A stretch of 64,000 bases of DNA from positions 1,488,001 through 1,552,000 of the forward strand of contig OZ287082.1 in assembly GCA_965645245.1 (NCBI GenBank), given 5' to 3'. Of this stretch, positions 1-12,000 are shown in pieces. Origin of the DNA: Massalongia carnosa (taxonomy: Eukaryota). Below the pieces are notes generated by a model. That model ran no database searches. It was not told the DNA's origin and saw nothing but the letters and a program-made list of their open reading frames with translations. Both the position numbers and the translations under genes were made by a program. Position 1 is the first letter of the stretch. Every line of letters starts with the position of its first letter.

Positions 1-2879
1 AATGTGACGGTTATTTGTCTTTTGGAACACTAGCTTATTGGTCCATTGTTCAGCATGAACACATAACCCCAGTTGGATTTTCGCTGCTATTTGTCGAAGG
101 TGATGTCTCTATTCTTGGTACCGCTAAGGTATCTGAGAATGTGTTTGGCCGCTTCCATATGTGTTTTGCCTGGATTCTTTGCATTTCGACTGATTACGGA
201 CGTTGCGAAAGCTACGTCTGGCCTGGTTTCTATCATTGCGAACGTGATGGATCCGACCATGGTTTGATATTGCTTTATGTCCTTGTCGGAGTCCTGAAAT
301 TCATTGATGAAGAGACAGCCTTCTCGCATGGGAGTGCTTTATGGTTTTGTTGACTCGATCTCGTTCGACTTTAAGGCCTAGATAGTAGCTGATTGGTCCC
401 ATGTCTACCATCTTGAAAGCTAGCTTGAGCTGTTTCTTGACTTCGGTGATCATCGGGGAACCCTTGGGCCTATGATGTTCAAATCGTCAACGAAAGAGGT
501 AACAATGTGTCCTTTTATCCCTTGAGGTGTGACGAAAATGTTATGATCTGCGTGGAGTTTCTCCAATCCTAATTTGCTCAATAGAAAAGCTGACAGTCGT
601 TCATACCAGGGACGCGGAGACTGTTCAAACCGTATAGGGCTTTGTTCAACCTGCACACCATGCCAGCTGTGTCATATCCTTTCGGCATGTGGACATAGAT
701 GAGTTGATAATGAGACCGTTCAGAAAAGCTGTCACTATATCCAGTCGCTCGATGTGCAGATAATGATGAGCAGCTAACGCGAATAGCAAGCGAAAAGCCA
801 TTGTTTGGCCATAGATGCAAAGGTTTGATCGAAATCTACTCAGTATTGTTGGAGATATCCTTGACAACCCATCTGGCTTTAAAGCGAACGGTCTTTTCAT
901 TTACGTCCCGTTTCAGCTTGAATACTCATTTGCCACTTAAGACTATATGTTCGGGTTCCATGGACTCGGTAGGTAATGTATCCCATCTTTGAATGTGGCG
1001 TCTTCATGAATTCGTAAGTTCTTGACCCTAATGACCTTGTACTCTTTTTCCATAAAGACGCGATAGATGGTGCTTCTGTCATATCCACACAGGATTCCTT
1101 TCTGAGCCCTCGGAGAAAATTTAGCAGCCTTGCTGTTTATTCCTTTTCGCTCTTCTTCGTGAATTAATGCATAGACTGTAGATCCGAGAATTCTCAGGTG
1201 ATCCAGCTTAGGTGACTTCTTCTCGAAGATCTCATACGGGGTTTTACCTGCTAAGGCGTTGGTTGGTCTGACGTTCTTGGTGTGAACCATGGCTAGAACC
1301 ACTTCTGCCTACAAGTAGTCTGGAACGTCTCTGGCAATGACACTGCATCTTGTCATGTCTATGATGGTTCTGCCCATTCGTTCCGCGACTCCGTTTTCAT
1401 CTTGAGAGTATGGAGCAGCTGTTTCAAACGTTATGCCTTGTTCCTAGGACCAAACGTCTGACTTGTGACTGCGAAGCTCCGCGCCGAAGTCAGTGCGAAA
1501 ACTGCTTATGAGTTTAGCCTTTCCGGATTTGTTTTGAGCCATGCTGTAGTATGTCAACAAGTGATCAAACCATTCACTCTTCTTGTGTCCGGTATAGACA
1601 TGAGTGTATCTGCTAGCATCACAGGTGAAAGGAAAGAGGTAAAGTTCTTCAAGAAGTCCTGATGGCTTGATTAGTCCCACTAGGTCAGAGTTTATCTTTT
1701 GAAAGAGCTCTGTGGCCTTCTCTTGCCGTGTTCGGTTATATATCTTTTTGGCTTTTCCCATTTCGCATGCATGGCAAAACCAACCGTGGTTGATATCGTC
1801 ATCGTACGTTATGTCTAGCGTTTTCAGATATTTTCGACACGTTGCTATGTTGAGATGACCAAGCCTTCCATGCCATGTAGTGAGTTTTGATTTGACAGAT
1901 AATGACGTCCAGTCCTTGATAGGTGTCCTCGTCCACTTTGCTCAAATGCATCCTCAAATCTGGAGTGTCAATGGTCGTTGAAATGTTGGTTGATGTATGA
2001 GATAAGTCCGCCTTCGTTTCTAACGAGGTAGTCTTTTGTTCCTTTGCTCTTCCGGATTCGAGCGAACTTCTATGTCTTTTTAACTGTGGAAACTTCTGCA
2101 AACAGGTATCTAGCCAATGACGAGTGTTCTTTCTCTTGACACATTAAGAGAAGGTGCAGTTCCCCGATGGGGCTCGACCTCTTGAGTCAGGTGTGCTGAT
2201 ATGAAGTGCCTTGGTGATTTTCATGTTGACATAATAAGCAATAATGGTCTTCATTGCTTCCGACAGATTTGTGGTTTCGTATGTTCAATCTCGTCGAAGT
2301 TGGGCTATCAATGGGGAATAGACGTCTGGTGTTACCCAGCATCATTCCCTTAAGCATAAACTCCACGGTATGCACATCCACTTTGGCCTTGTCGTCCAGC
2401 ATTCCTTTAATCTTGTTTAAAGCGCTCTCGTAATATGCACAGTATAGACTGGTCGTCTCGAAGTCGGTCATCTTCTTGGAACTAACCTTCAGAATGATGT
2501 CGCTGATGCTCATTGGTGCTATATCTTGGAATCTATCCTTCAGGATTTTCCACATTTCTGCCACATTCTTGTTGTCGATGAGGCTGTAATGGCACTCCGC
2601 AACTAATCCGTGAATGATTCCTATAGCCTTGGTCATCTCGGCCTTCTGTCTATTCTTCTAGTCACGCAGTTCTTTTACCAAGATGCTGACTGAAAGACCT
2701 TTGGCGTCGAAGCCTGCTTGTATTAAACCTTCCTCGATGGTTTCAGCGGTGATTTCTGATTGATTCTCCAGAATGGCTCCTTCGCAGTTGTTCTTGAGCA
2801 GAATGCCCTTCGTATAGCTTGCCCATGCCGAATATCTTTCGGCTTTCTCCAAAAGATGTGACGTATCTATGATATACAT
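1..2879 (-). pseudogene. Copia-1 gag-pol, broken by many frameshifts and stops
   Basis: Recognisable gag, integrase and RT motifs are split over at least eight short ORFs in different frames. Confidence 0.85.
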
Positions 2880-3361
2880 AATGGGAGAATGGGGAGCAAT
2901 TGAACAAGGCGAGAAACTTAGTAGTGACTGAAAGAATGTGGATCTGTGACCTTTCTTATAGACAAGGAAAAAACAGTCCCTCCTTAGCCAGTGTCCACTC
3001 TGATGTCTCAACAGAGAAACCTGTTAGCTTAACATGCTTGTTTGCCATGATGAGAATTTCAACTCCGGCTTTTTCAAGGGTCCAATTGACCAAAAGCAAA
3101 TTGATTATTCCAATTGATTTAACCGGCCTTAGGCCGGTTAGATAATAAGAGGCAACTGCCGCACAATCTCATCTAGTGCCTTAAGGAGGCATAATTGCCA
3201 AAAAGAAAGGTCTTTGTGCCTTCGATCAATGAGTTTACTAAGCTCTTTGATGTCCGAGGGATTTTGTATTGTTTGCGTGTCCAGAACTCAACCACGGGTG
3301 AACTGACGCTTTGATGATTTTTGAACCAATGGGGCGCTCAGGGCCAGCAATATACTTTTTT

Positions 3362-4525
3362 TGCCTTCGACCATCGAGCTTAGCGAGCTCTTTTGGTGTC
3401 CGAGGACTTCAGTGCCTTCGACCATCGAGATTAGCGAGCTCTTTGGTGTCCGAGGACTTCGGTGCCTTCGACCATCTAGCTTAGCGGGCTCTTTGGTATC
3501 CGAGGACTTGAGCGCCTTCGACCATCGAGCTTAGCAAGCTCTTCGGTGTCCGAGAACTTGGGTGCCTTCGACCATCGAGCGTAGCAAGCTCTTCTGGTGT
3601 CCGAGGACTTGGGTGCCTTCGACCATCGAGCGTAGCAAGCTCTTCTGGTGTCCGAGGACTTGGGTGCCTTCGACCATCGAGCGTAGCAAGCTCTTCTGGT
3701 GTCCGAGGACTTGGGTGCCTTCGACCATCGAGCGTAGCAAGCTCTTCTGGTGTCCGAGGACTTGGGTACCTTCGACCATCGAGCGTAGCAAGCTCTTCTG
3801 GTGTCCGAGGACTTGGGTGCCTTCGACCATCGAGCGTAGCAAGCTCTTCTGGTGTCCGAGGACTTGGGTGCCTTCGACCATCGAGCATAGCAAGCTCTTC
3901 TGGTGTCCGAGGACTTGAGTGCCTTCGACCATCGAGCGTAGCAAGCTCTTCTGGTGTCCGAGGACTTGAGTGCCTTCGACCATCGAGCGTAGCAAGCTCT
4001 TCTGGTGTCCGAGGACTTGAGTGCCTTCGACCATCGAGCGTACCAAGCTCTTCTGGTGTCCGAGGACTTGGGTGCCTTCGACCATCGAGCATAGCAAGCT
4101 CTTTTGGTGTCCGAGGACTTGAGTGCCTTCGACCAGCGAGCTTAGCAAGCTCTTTGGTGTCCGAGGACTTGAGTGCCTTCGACCAGCGAGCTTAGCAAGC
4201 TCTTTGGTGTCCGAGGACTTGAGTGCCTTCGACCAGCGAGCTTAGCAAGCTCTTCTGGTGTCCGAGGACTTGGGTGCCTTCGACCATCGAGCTTAGCAAG
4301 CTCTTTGGTGTCCGAGGACTTGGGTGCCTTCGACCATCGAGCTTAGCAAGCTCTTTGGTGTCCGAGGGCTTGAGTGCCTTCGACCATCGGGCTTAGCAAG
4401 CTCTTTGGTGTCCGAGGACTTGAGTGCCTTCGACCATCGAGCTTAGCAAGCTCTTTGGTGTCCGAGGGCTTGAGTGCCTTCGACCATCGAGCTTAGCAAG
4501 CTCTTTGGTGTCCGAGGGCTTCGGT
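3362..4525. repeat. Tandem array of about 23 units of 50-51 bp in the Copia-1 5' leader
   Basis: Unit GTGCCTTCGACCATCGAGCGTAGCAAGCTCTTCTGGTGTCCGAGGACTTGG repeats head to tail with no spacers. The 51-bp core units give the 17-aa repeat ORFs; 50-bp variants lie at the flanks. Confidence 0.97.
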
Positions 4526-4762
4526 GTAGTACGATCAATGTGTTCATGCTCTTTCTAACACGCAGTTTTTGTGCTTCTGACAAGAAATCGCTGTGTACAG
4601 AAGAGAGAACTGATTGATGTGATTTAAGGGATCGTTTCTAAAGACACAGAAAGATTTTAGTCATGTGTCTACGATTCATTGAATAGGAACGATGCTTAGC
4701 TGATTGCACTGCGAAGCTGCGGATTAAAAGTTTCGATTCGTTTAAATCGATAGCACCCTTCC

Positions 4763-4774
4763 GGGCTCATAACC
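4763..4774 (-). promoter_or_regulatory. Primer-binding site GGTTATGAGCCC (half-tRNA-iMet type, as in Ty5 and Drosophila copia)
   Basis: The 12-mer directly abuts the LTR end. The same 12-mer abuts the 5' LTRs of the other two copia elements (42920-42931, 61530-61541). Confidence 0.85.
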
Positions 4775-5048
4775 TGTTGAAATAGGTGTATGACTATGGC
4801 TATATGGCTATGTAATAATAAAGGTATGTATGACCGTGATGTTAAGGATGAAGAGTTGCTAGGCAGCAATCTTTTCCTATTACTGGTCACCCCTTTCTAA
4901 GCGAGGTGATCTTATCTTATCTTGGGACTAAGCCTAATGCGGCATCTACGGTTTCCGTAGATGATCTGTCCATCTAGGGCAGCCGTAGGTGCTATGTTCA
5001 TCGTACTAATAGGTGTTCATTGTGCTGGTAGGAATTGGATATTCAACA
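4775..5048 (-). repeat. 5' LTR of Copia-1 (274 bp)
   Basis: Inverted termini TGTTGAA...TTCAACA adjacent to the PBS; the partner LTR is not in the window. Confidence 0.75.
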
Positions 5049-6131
5049 AAACCATGTCCCTTGATACCCGTCCGATGTGACTACGTGTCGACGTCGGGCG
5101 GGAGACGCGTGTGGGAACTGATATACCTTGTGAAAAGAGAAGAAAGAAAGAAAGGTTCAACTATTATTGATTTTACAATAATGTTGATGCGAGTGAGAAT
5201 TGATTCAATAAGGCTGTTTTCATTAGCCAAGTAGTTAGTATCTTCAGAGTTTTTGATAATTTGGTCAGCTGCAGATAGTCGTTCGTGCCGGCGGCGCGAA
5301 ATATTTCTCTATTGTCAATAAGTCTGCAGAACATGATTACATTTTCTGGAGTTGTTCTGTACCAGCCACATGAGCAGGCCGGTGAGGTGACGGAGGGCAC
5401 CCGTCGCTTGTAGAGGAAGTCAGCTAACCCGATCTTGCCAGTGCGGATTTGAGTTGTTAGAGCGCTTTCTGCCTTTTTTAGCTGCGTGTGTATTTTCAGC
5501 CGTTTTTTGCTCAGTGGGACTGATTGTGCTATGGAGGGTTCGATGACGCGATTTTGATATGCGCACCACGAGTCGTTCCAGACCTTCATTTGTCGTGCTT
5601 TGATTGTTTGCATCTGCTTGTGTCGGGCCGGTGCCGCAACGGTAGCTTCGCGGTGCCACGCCGGGTAGACTTCGAACCATGGTGGGTGTGCCTTTGGTGG
5701 TTGAACTATTTTGAGTCGATCAGTAGGCTTTTGGCCCAGATGAGTTTCAGCTCTCCCGGGGTGGGCTTTTGAAGTCGTTTGCGACCTGTCTTGCCTCGAA
5801 GTTAGTCAGCTATTTTATTGCATGCGAAGGAGATGATCTTCAATTGGCCTCCGGCTCGGAGCCGGTGCCTTGCCTCAACTTGTGGCATGTCGAGATGCGT
5901 GTCTACGGGCGCTACCACTGTCTCTACTTCTAGTACTGAGATAGGAGTGGCTTTAAAGGCACCGGCTATTGTGCGAAGGCAATTGTTTTGAATGACGGAG
6001 AGCTTGCTCGTTGACGTTTTTAACTTTTTGACTTCTTTGGGCATGTGCCATATGGTTGACCCATATGTCATGGCCGGACGCACCACGGCACTGTAAACCT
6101 GCCTTGCCTTGGCGAAGGTGGCACCCCTCGT
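5049..6131 (-). mobile_element. Tad1-like LINE, 3' fragment of ORF2
   Basis: VVRPAMTYGSTIW, QNNCLRTIAGAFKATP, TQIRTGKIGLADFL and CSCG motifs are homologous to the C-terminus of ORF 45917-47956. Confidence 0.9.
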
Positions 6132-6149
6132 ACTTGTCTATATTCACAC

Positions 6150-6290
6150 GTAATTAATTTTTTCATAATCTCGTTAAGATTTTTCATACAATTTTTTTCT
6201 TCTTTATTTTAATTTTACAAGCGATTAAAATGATATCTAAATATGTCGAGGATAATTTATTCGGATACTCGAATAAAGTATCATTTGCCA
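6150..6290 (-). pseudogene. Heavily decayed Ty3/gypsy RT fragment
   Basis: Minus strand reads roughly TLFEYPNKLSSTYLDIIL (decayed YLDD region) and resembles 15875-16000. Confidence 0.5.
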
Positions 6291-6953
6291 CGAATTGCCG
6301 AAGTATATGACAACTGATAAGTTAACATTAGATAAACGGCTAGCTAGTTTACTAACGTTAAATAAACGGCTGACTAATCAGCTAATAATAATTGAAATCG
6401 CAACAAAACGAGAAGAACTAGTCTTACTGCAACAGGGAGACCTTCTCCGAGCAGGCATTCACTATTAGAAGACGGGATCCACCGGGGCTACACAACGTGA
6501 TCGTTACAATAGAGGTACAAATAGGAAGGGTCGGGTCAAAGGGTAGACTAAATGCTACCCTTTTGAATTATTTGATTATTGAATTGTATAGGATAGGACA
6601 ATCCACAACCTACGCTCTTCTTCTATACCTTGCCCATACTACCTAGTATTTTTTACTCCGAAATACTTCGGTCTCCGATATACTCTGGCAGATGAGACTA
6701 CGCAGGCGAGCTAGGGGAGGTGAGGCGAGGCGAGGGGATACTTCGTTTTCTACGAAAACACCTCCATAATAAGTTAAGTCGCCATAATATATCTTACTAG
6801 GTTAGGCGTGACCTTATTGTCAGGGTGGTTGTTTTGGCTATACGTATCCCACATAGCCTCATAGGACAGTCTTATGTTCAATGAACGCATACTAGGCCTA
6901 CCCTATTATACTTACGAAGACATAAAATGCAGTCATATGATATTGACAATACC

Positions 6954-7124
6954 TGTAACGGTTCGACCAAGCGTGGTGCGGACGGCAGGACCTACAGCGA
7001 ACATAGCAGGAGTCCCAGTTATAGTAGAATAGAGCTTGGTCTGCGGACTAAGTATTGTGCCTTTTGGTCGGGAAGGACAGGTGGCGCAATGGTAGAAATC
7101 TATTCACTATCTCGCTTCGTCACA
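6954..7124 (+). repeat. Solo LTR (171 bp), same family as 62557-62727 and 63153-63322
   Basis: TGTAAC...GTCACA termini flanked by a perfect 5-bp TSD ATACC. Confidence 0.92.
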
Positions 7125-7674
7125 ATACCAAAGTGCATATCAAAAGCCTGATAAAGTCTATATAACCATCAGGATAGGCGATGTCTAAATATAGACTAGC
7201 TCAGTTATCAGGAGTTATAGACGTGTCTATTCGTTCTTTAGTTTCTTTTCTTCTGGTCAAACGTCTAATTTATTTGACTATACAATTCAGTGTCCCGTTT
7301 GTATAACTTGAATTACTATACGTTCTCGAATCGTGATATTAATGATAAAATGCTGTCAAGACTATGGTTCTTCAAAAATTCAAATGAAAGTATCTTGTAC
7401 TTGTATGCTTCAAATCGACAATTAAAGATAATTAAAGTATTTGATTATAATAAGCAGTTTATACTCGTAATTCTCGTAATTAAATTCCACTGAGTTTAAA
7501 TTCTAGAAAATGAAAACAATTAAATATAATTATTCGTGTTCTTATATTTGAGATGAGATTTCTTCGTGGATGTAATCTGACGAGTCTGTTTCTAAATAAT
7601 TACTTTCTCTCGAAATTGAAATGAGTCAGGGCCGATGCTTTGATAACTCTTTTTTTTGTTCTTGAAAAACCTAT

Positions 7675-8004
7675 TGAAGAAGGGTAGTCGTGCGTGCTAA
7701 TGGAAGGTGGTAGTACGTGATTATAGATGCTGAACTGAGCAGTAAACATACACACAAACGTCTAAATGGACCTACGACTGCATAGACATGAAAATAACTC
7801 GACGACTGAACGACTGAACGACTAGTTGATGCACGAAATGAACGTGTGTCGATAACTAGGTGACACGACGATGATGATGACAACGTAGGTGATAGAAGAT
7901 GATATCCGGAGATGATGAAGAAAACGCCAGCAAAAAACCCGTTTTATCTCCATATAGGCCTGCCGTGTCACCTGACTATAGATGACACTTGTCGCCCTAC
8001 CACA
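7675..8004. repeat. Probable solo LTR (330 bp) with 4-bp TSD
   Basis: TG...CA termini, imperfect inverted ends (TGAAGAAGGG / CCCTACCACA) and CTAT on both sides; removal rejoins the gypsy pol relic. Confidence 0.65.
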
Positions 8005-8490
8005 CTATTCGCATATATTGTTTCATTTAGAGTTTCTTTTTTTCTTTTTCAAAGTGTTCAACTAGTCCGCGATTTTGAAATGTCATTAACAAATCGACGA
8101 TAAAAGTTACAAAATACTATAAAGGATCGTGCTGCACGCAGACAAGTAAAGATTTCTCATTTGATAATAATTTGAATCTTAGTGTCAGGGGACTGGATTG
8201 GATGGTCAAGTTTCTAATTGATTGAGTCTATAGCTACAGCTAGGCTAGATTGGCTATTCAAGACGTCGGACAAGGAGCCAGAACTTTCGGGACTCGACCC
8301 CTTCTTTTATATCTGTTCCTCACCTCCTTACCCCTTTGTTTCCTTGATCTTCGATGTCTCCTATTCATCTCCTTTCCTAAGTTAATACGAAGACACCTAA
8401 TAGGGACCGGGTAATTATGGTTTCGAAGATCGGAGGCGAAGCCGTACTCGATCTAACCGCATCGAGAAAGGTTGGAACAGTACGCACTGA

Positions 8491-8630
8491 CCAATGAACC
8501 TGTGGTAGGTCTAATGAACCTGCGGTAGGTCCAATGAACCCGCGGTAGGTCCAATGAACCCGCGGTAGTTCCAATGACCCTGCGTTAGGTCTAATAAACC
8601 TGCGCTAGCTCCAATGAACCTGCGGTACGG
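8491..8630. repeat. Seven copies of a 20-bp tandem repeat
   Basis: Consensus CCAATGAACCTGCGGTAGGT. Confidence 0.9.
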
Positions 8631-9035
8631 TAGGTAGGGACAGGAAAGAGGGGGCAACTACGGATAAGGCCGAGATTCTTTTAGTTCGAAGCCGTTGCAT
8701 GAGACTTAGTCAATGTAATGGGCTACGAGACCAGTAAGCTTATCACGAGCGACACTGATCTAGAAAGGGGAATTGCTAAGCGTGAGAGGTGGAAGATAGC
8801 TTCTACGTGCTAGTCTCCGAGAGTTTATGTGATCAAAAGAACTAATAGATGTGGATGTGCTTTGTGAGGGATAAAACGAGTTCAATTTCAATAGCCTAGT
8901 TCTACACCAAAATCTTCAGACGAAGTCTAAAAGCTTTACTCGGGCGGAGTTCTATATAACCCCTGAAAAGTCGCTTCCTCGGCACATTACCTAATCGATG
9001 CTAGTCTGATGTCAGGTGACCTCAGGACCCTGACA

Positions 9036-12000
9036 CTACCCCTCCTCTGAGACGGCGGCTCCGGACGTCGATGGTTGACTGTTATTCATGAATAGGACAT
9101 CCTTTGGGGCGTTGGGTTTTCCTTTATTGTCTGTATGAAATTTTCTGATTTCTTCTTTGGCGCGAATGAAATCAGTCCATGGCTGCCAAGGTGGGTTTGC
9201 GTTCCAGTCATCCCATGAGCCGATATAGGTTGCTTTATACTGAGTGCCGTATTTCTTAGTTTCACGGCAGTCGACGATTTCGAGGACTTCATATTCTTCA
9301 TGAGGACTGGATTCGGCGTCTTCTTGAATCAGTATCGGGGGACCCGGTTCAATAAGTTGACCGGGGAATGGGTTCGTAGGAGCCAGATGAAGTTTCCATG
9401 GATGAAATATGGGTGTGAGCCCCACTCTTTTCAAGTGTTCGGGAATTTCCAATTCATAGGCCTTGTTATCTATGTTTCGGATGATTTTCCATGGCCCCGC
9501 GTTTTTGGAACTCAGGGAGCGACTCTGCTTGTCGACGGAGAAATCTTTGGTGTTGACATATACCATGTCTCCTATCTTGTAGTCTGGATGTGGGGCCCGC
9601 GACTCATTGGCATATCTCATCTGATCTGCCTGTGCCCAGGTTAGGTGCTCGATAAGCCATTTGGTCATGGCTTCTTGTCGGGCGGTTATTTTGTCTGCCG
9701 ACATCAGTTCCGCGCGTCCGGTGACATTTGAGTCAAAAGGCTGAAGCGGCTCCGAGCCACTACGAGGGTGATAACCGTGATCAGCGAAGAAGGGGGACAT
9801 TCCGGTTGAAGCGTTCGTATGATTATTGACTGCAAATTCGGCATCTGGTAAGTAGTCCACCCAGTCGTCTTGAGCATGTCTGACGTATGCTCTCAGGTAG
9901 TTCTTCATAACCTTATTCGCATTTTCGGTTTGACCATCTGTTTCTGGATGATGCGCGGAGGACGGTTTCGATTTGACTCCTAATCGCTGACAAATTCGCT
10001 TCCACAGATGGGCTGTCAATTGCGTCCCGCGATCGTGGACGATGGAGTTTGGCAAGCCGTATGTTGAAAAGACCCGACGTTTGAGGACTTCTAGTACGTC
10101 CTTCGTGCCTATATCCACCATAGGTTCGTACAACCTACGTTTGGTCAATCTGTCCACGATAACCAAGATATTTTCGTACGTCCGGCCCCGTCTGTGACAT
10201 TTGGGCAGTTTGACTACAAAGTCCAGAGATAAGTCTGTCCATTTTCTTTGAGGTATGGGTAGTGGGGCTAATAGGCCCTGTTTCTGATCGTTGTACGCCT
10301 TGGACCTTCGGCATGTAGAGCAGTTAGTAGCGTATCTTCGACAATCATCCTTCATGGACATCCAGAAATAGTTCTCCAGCATTTTGGCATACATGCCTCG
10401 ATACCCGGGGTGTCCTTGCATCGGGGGATTATGATGATCCGATAAAAGACGCAGCTTCAGCTTGTCGAAATTCGGAATGAAGAGGCGTGTTTTGTAGTAT
10501 AGTCTTTCGTGACGGACTTCCAAGTCACCCATCGCCAGTCTCAGCCCGTTGCTTAGAATTTTATCGGGCAATTTCTTCAGATTTTCCAACTTAGCCTTCA
10601 TGACTTCCTGAATCATTGCGTCTTCTTGATATGCCTCCGCTAAAAGATTTTCTAATAATTCATCAGGCTTTTCTGCATCCGAATCATCATTCGAATTGAT
10701 TGTGAACTCCTCTACCGTCAAGTCCTCTACTTCCTCATCCCTGATTTGATCGGATGAGTCAGTAGTAATGTTGTCTTCAACCCGTTCTCGATTGGCCATG
10801 GATCTGGTTGTCACGTACAGCTTCAGGTCCTGTTTCACTTCATCGTCCAGCTGATTTTCTTTTAGCAGCACCTGATATTGATATCTGGTGCGATCATCCT
10901 CCGCGTCCATCGGCAGATCTTGCTCTCTTCTGGTGAGGGCGTCCGGTTTGCCCCCTTGCTTGCCTGGTCTATACATAATGCGAAAATTATATTCCGCCAG
11001 CATCTCAGCCCAACGCACTTGACGGCGATTTAGTTGTTTCAAAGTCATGAAGGTCTCCAGATTCTTATGATCTGAGTAGACCTTTGTTGATTGCTCCACT
11101 CCCGCTAGCTCCGGTCTCCAGATGACGAAACTTTCTACGATGGCTAGGAGTTCTTTATCGTAGATCTCATAATTGCATTCGGCGGGGCTCATCTTCTTCG
11201 AGAAATAAGCCACGGGTTTCAGAACGCCTTCATGCATCTGAGAGAGTATCCCCGATACTACGAAGTCAGATGCGTCTGTCTCCACCCAGGTCTCTAGCCT
11301 TGGGTCGTAATGAGCAAGAATCGGCGCAGAGGTAAAAGAAATCTTCATGTCTTCGAAAGCTTGCTGACATTCAGTGGTCCACACGAAGTCTTGATACTTG
11401 GTGCGTCTCTTTCCGCCTTTCGTGACATATTGCTCTCCGCGGGTTAGCTCGGTCAGACACTTCACCTTTTCGGAGAATCGCTCAATGAAGCGACGATAGA
11501 AGTTAGCGAATCCAAGAAAGGACTGCACCTCTTTTACTGACGCGGGCGTCTTCCATTCTAGTATGGCCGTCACCTTTTCTGGGTCCATTCTAACGCCATT
11601 CACCCCCACGAACATTCCGAGGTACTTGACTTCGGAGACAGAGAATTCACACTTGTCTATGTCTAGTTGAAGTCCTCTTTCTTTCAGACGACGAAGTACC
11701 TTCAGTACCTGCTCGATGTGCTCCGTTTCTGTTTCACTGAACACCAGTACGTCGTCCAGATAGGCGGTGACGAAATAATCTAAGTATTCTCGCAGGGAGT
11801 TATTGATATAGCTCTGAAATGTTGATGGAGCGTTGCATAGTCCGAAGGGCATCACAAGATATTCAAATTGACCGTATCGAGTATTGAACGCCGTGAGCCA
11901 CTCTTGTCCCTCTTTAATCCTCATCCTATTGAATGCATGAATGACGTCCAATTTAGTAAACCACTTTGCTTTGGCGAGTTTCGCCAATGTCTCGCTGATC

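Larger units (their letters stand above)
1..5048 (-). mobile_element. Ty1/copia LTR retrotransposon (Copia-1), degenerate; 3' end lies outside the window
   Basis: Minus-strand fragments in copia order: gag (2187-2879), integrase (INSDLVG, 1444-1761; LRILGSTVYA, 943-1302), RT (SFVDDL, 450-656; ETRPDVAFATSVISR, 87-329). 5' LTR at 4775-5048 and PBS at 4763-4774. Confidence 0.9.

Noticed and set aside
3481..4148. Repeat ORFs of about 200 aa as real genes
   Set aside because: Openness in several frames follows from a stop-free 51-bp unit; 50-bp units break the frame and starts are non-ATG.
3362..4525. CRISPR-like array
   Set aside because: Units are contiguous with no unique spacers, no cas genes are present, and the context is eukaryotic.
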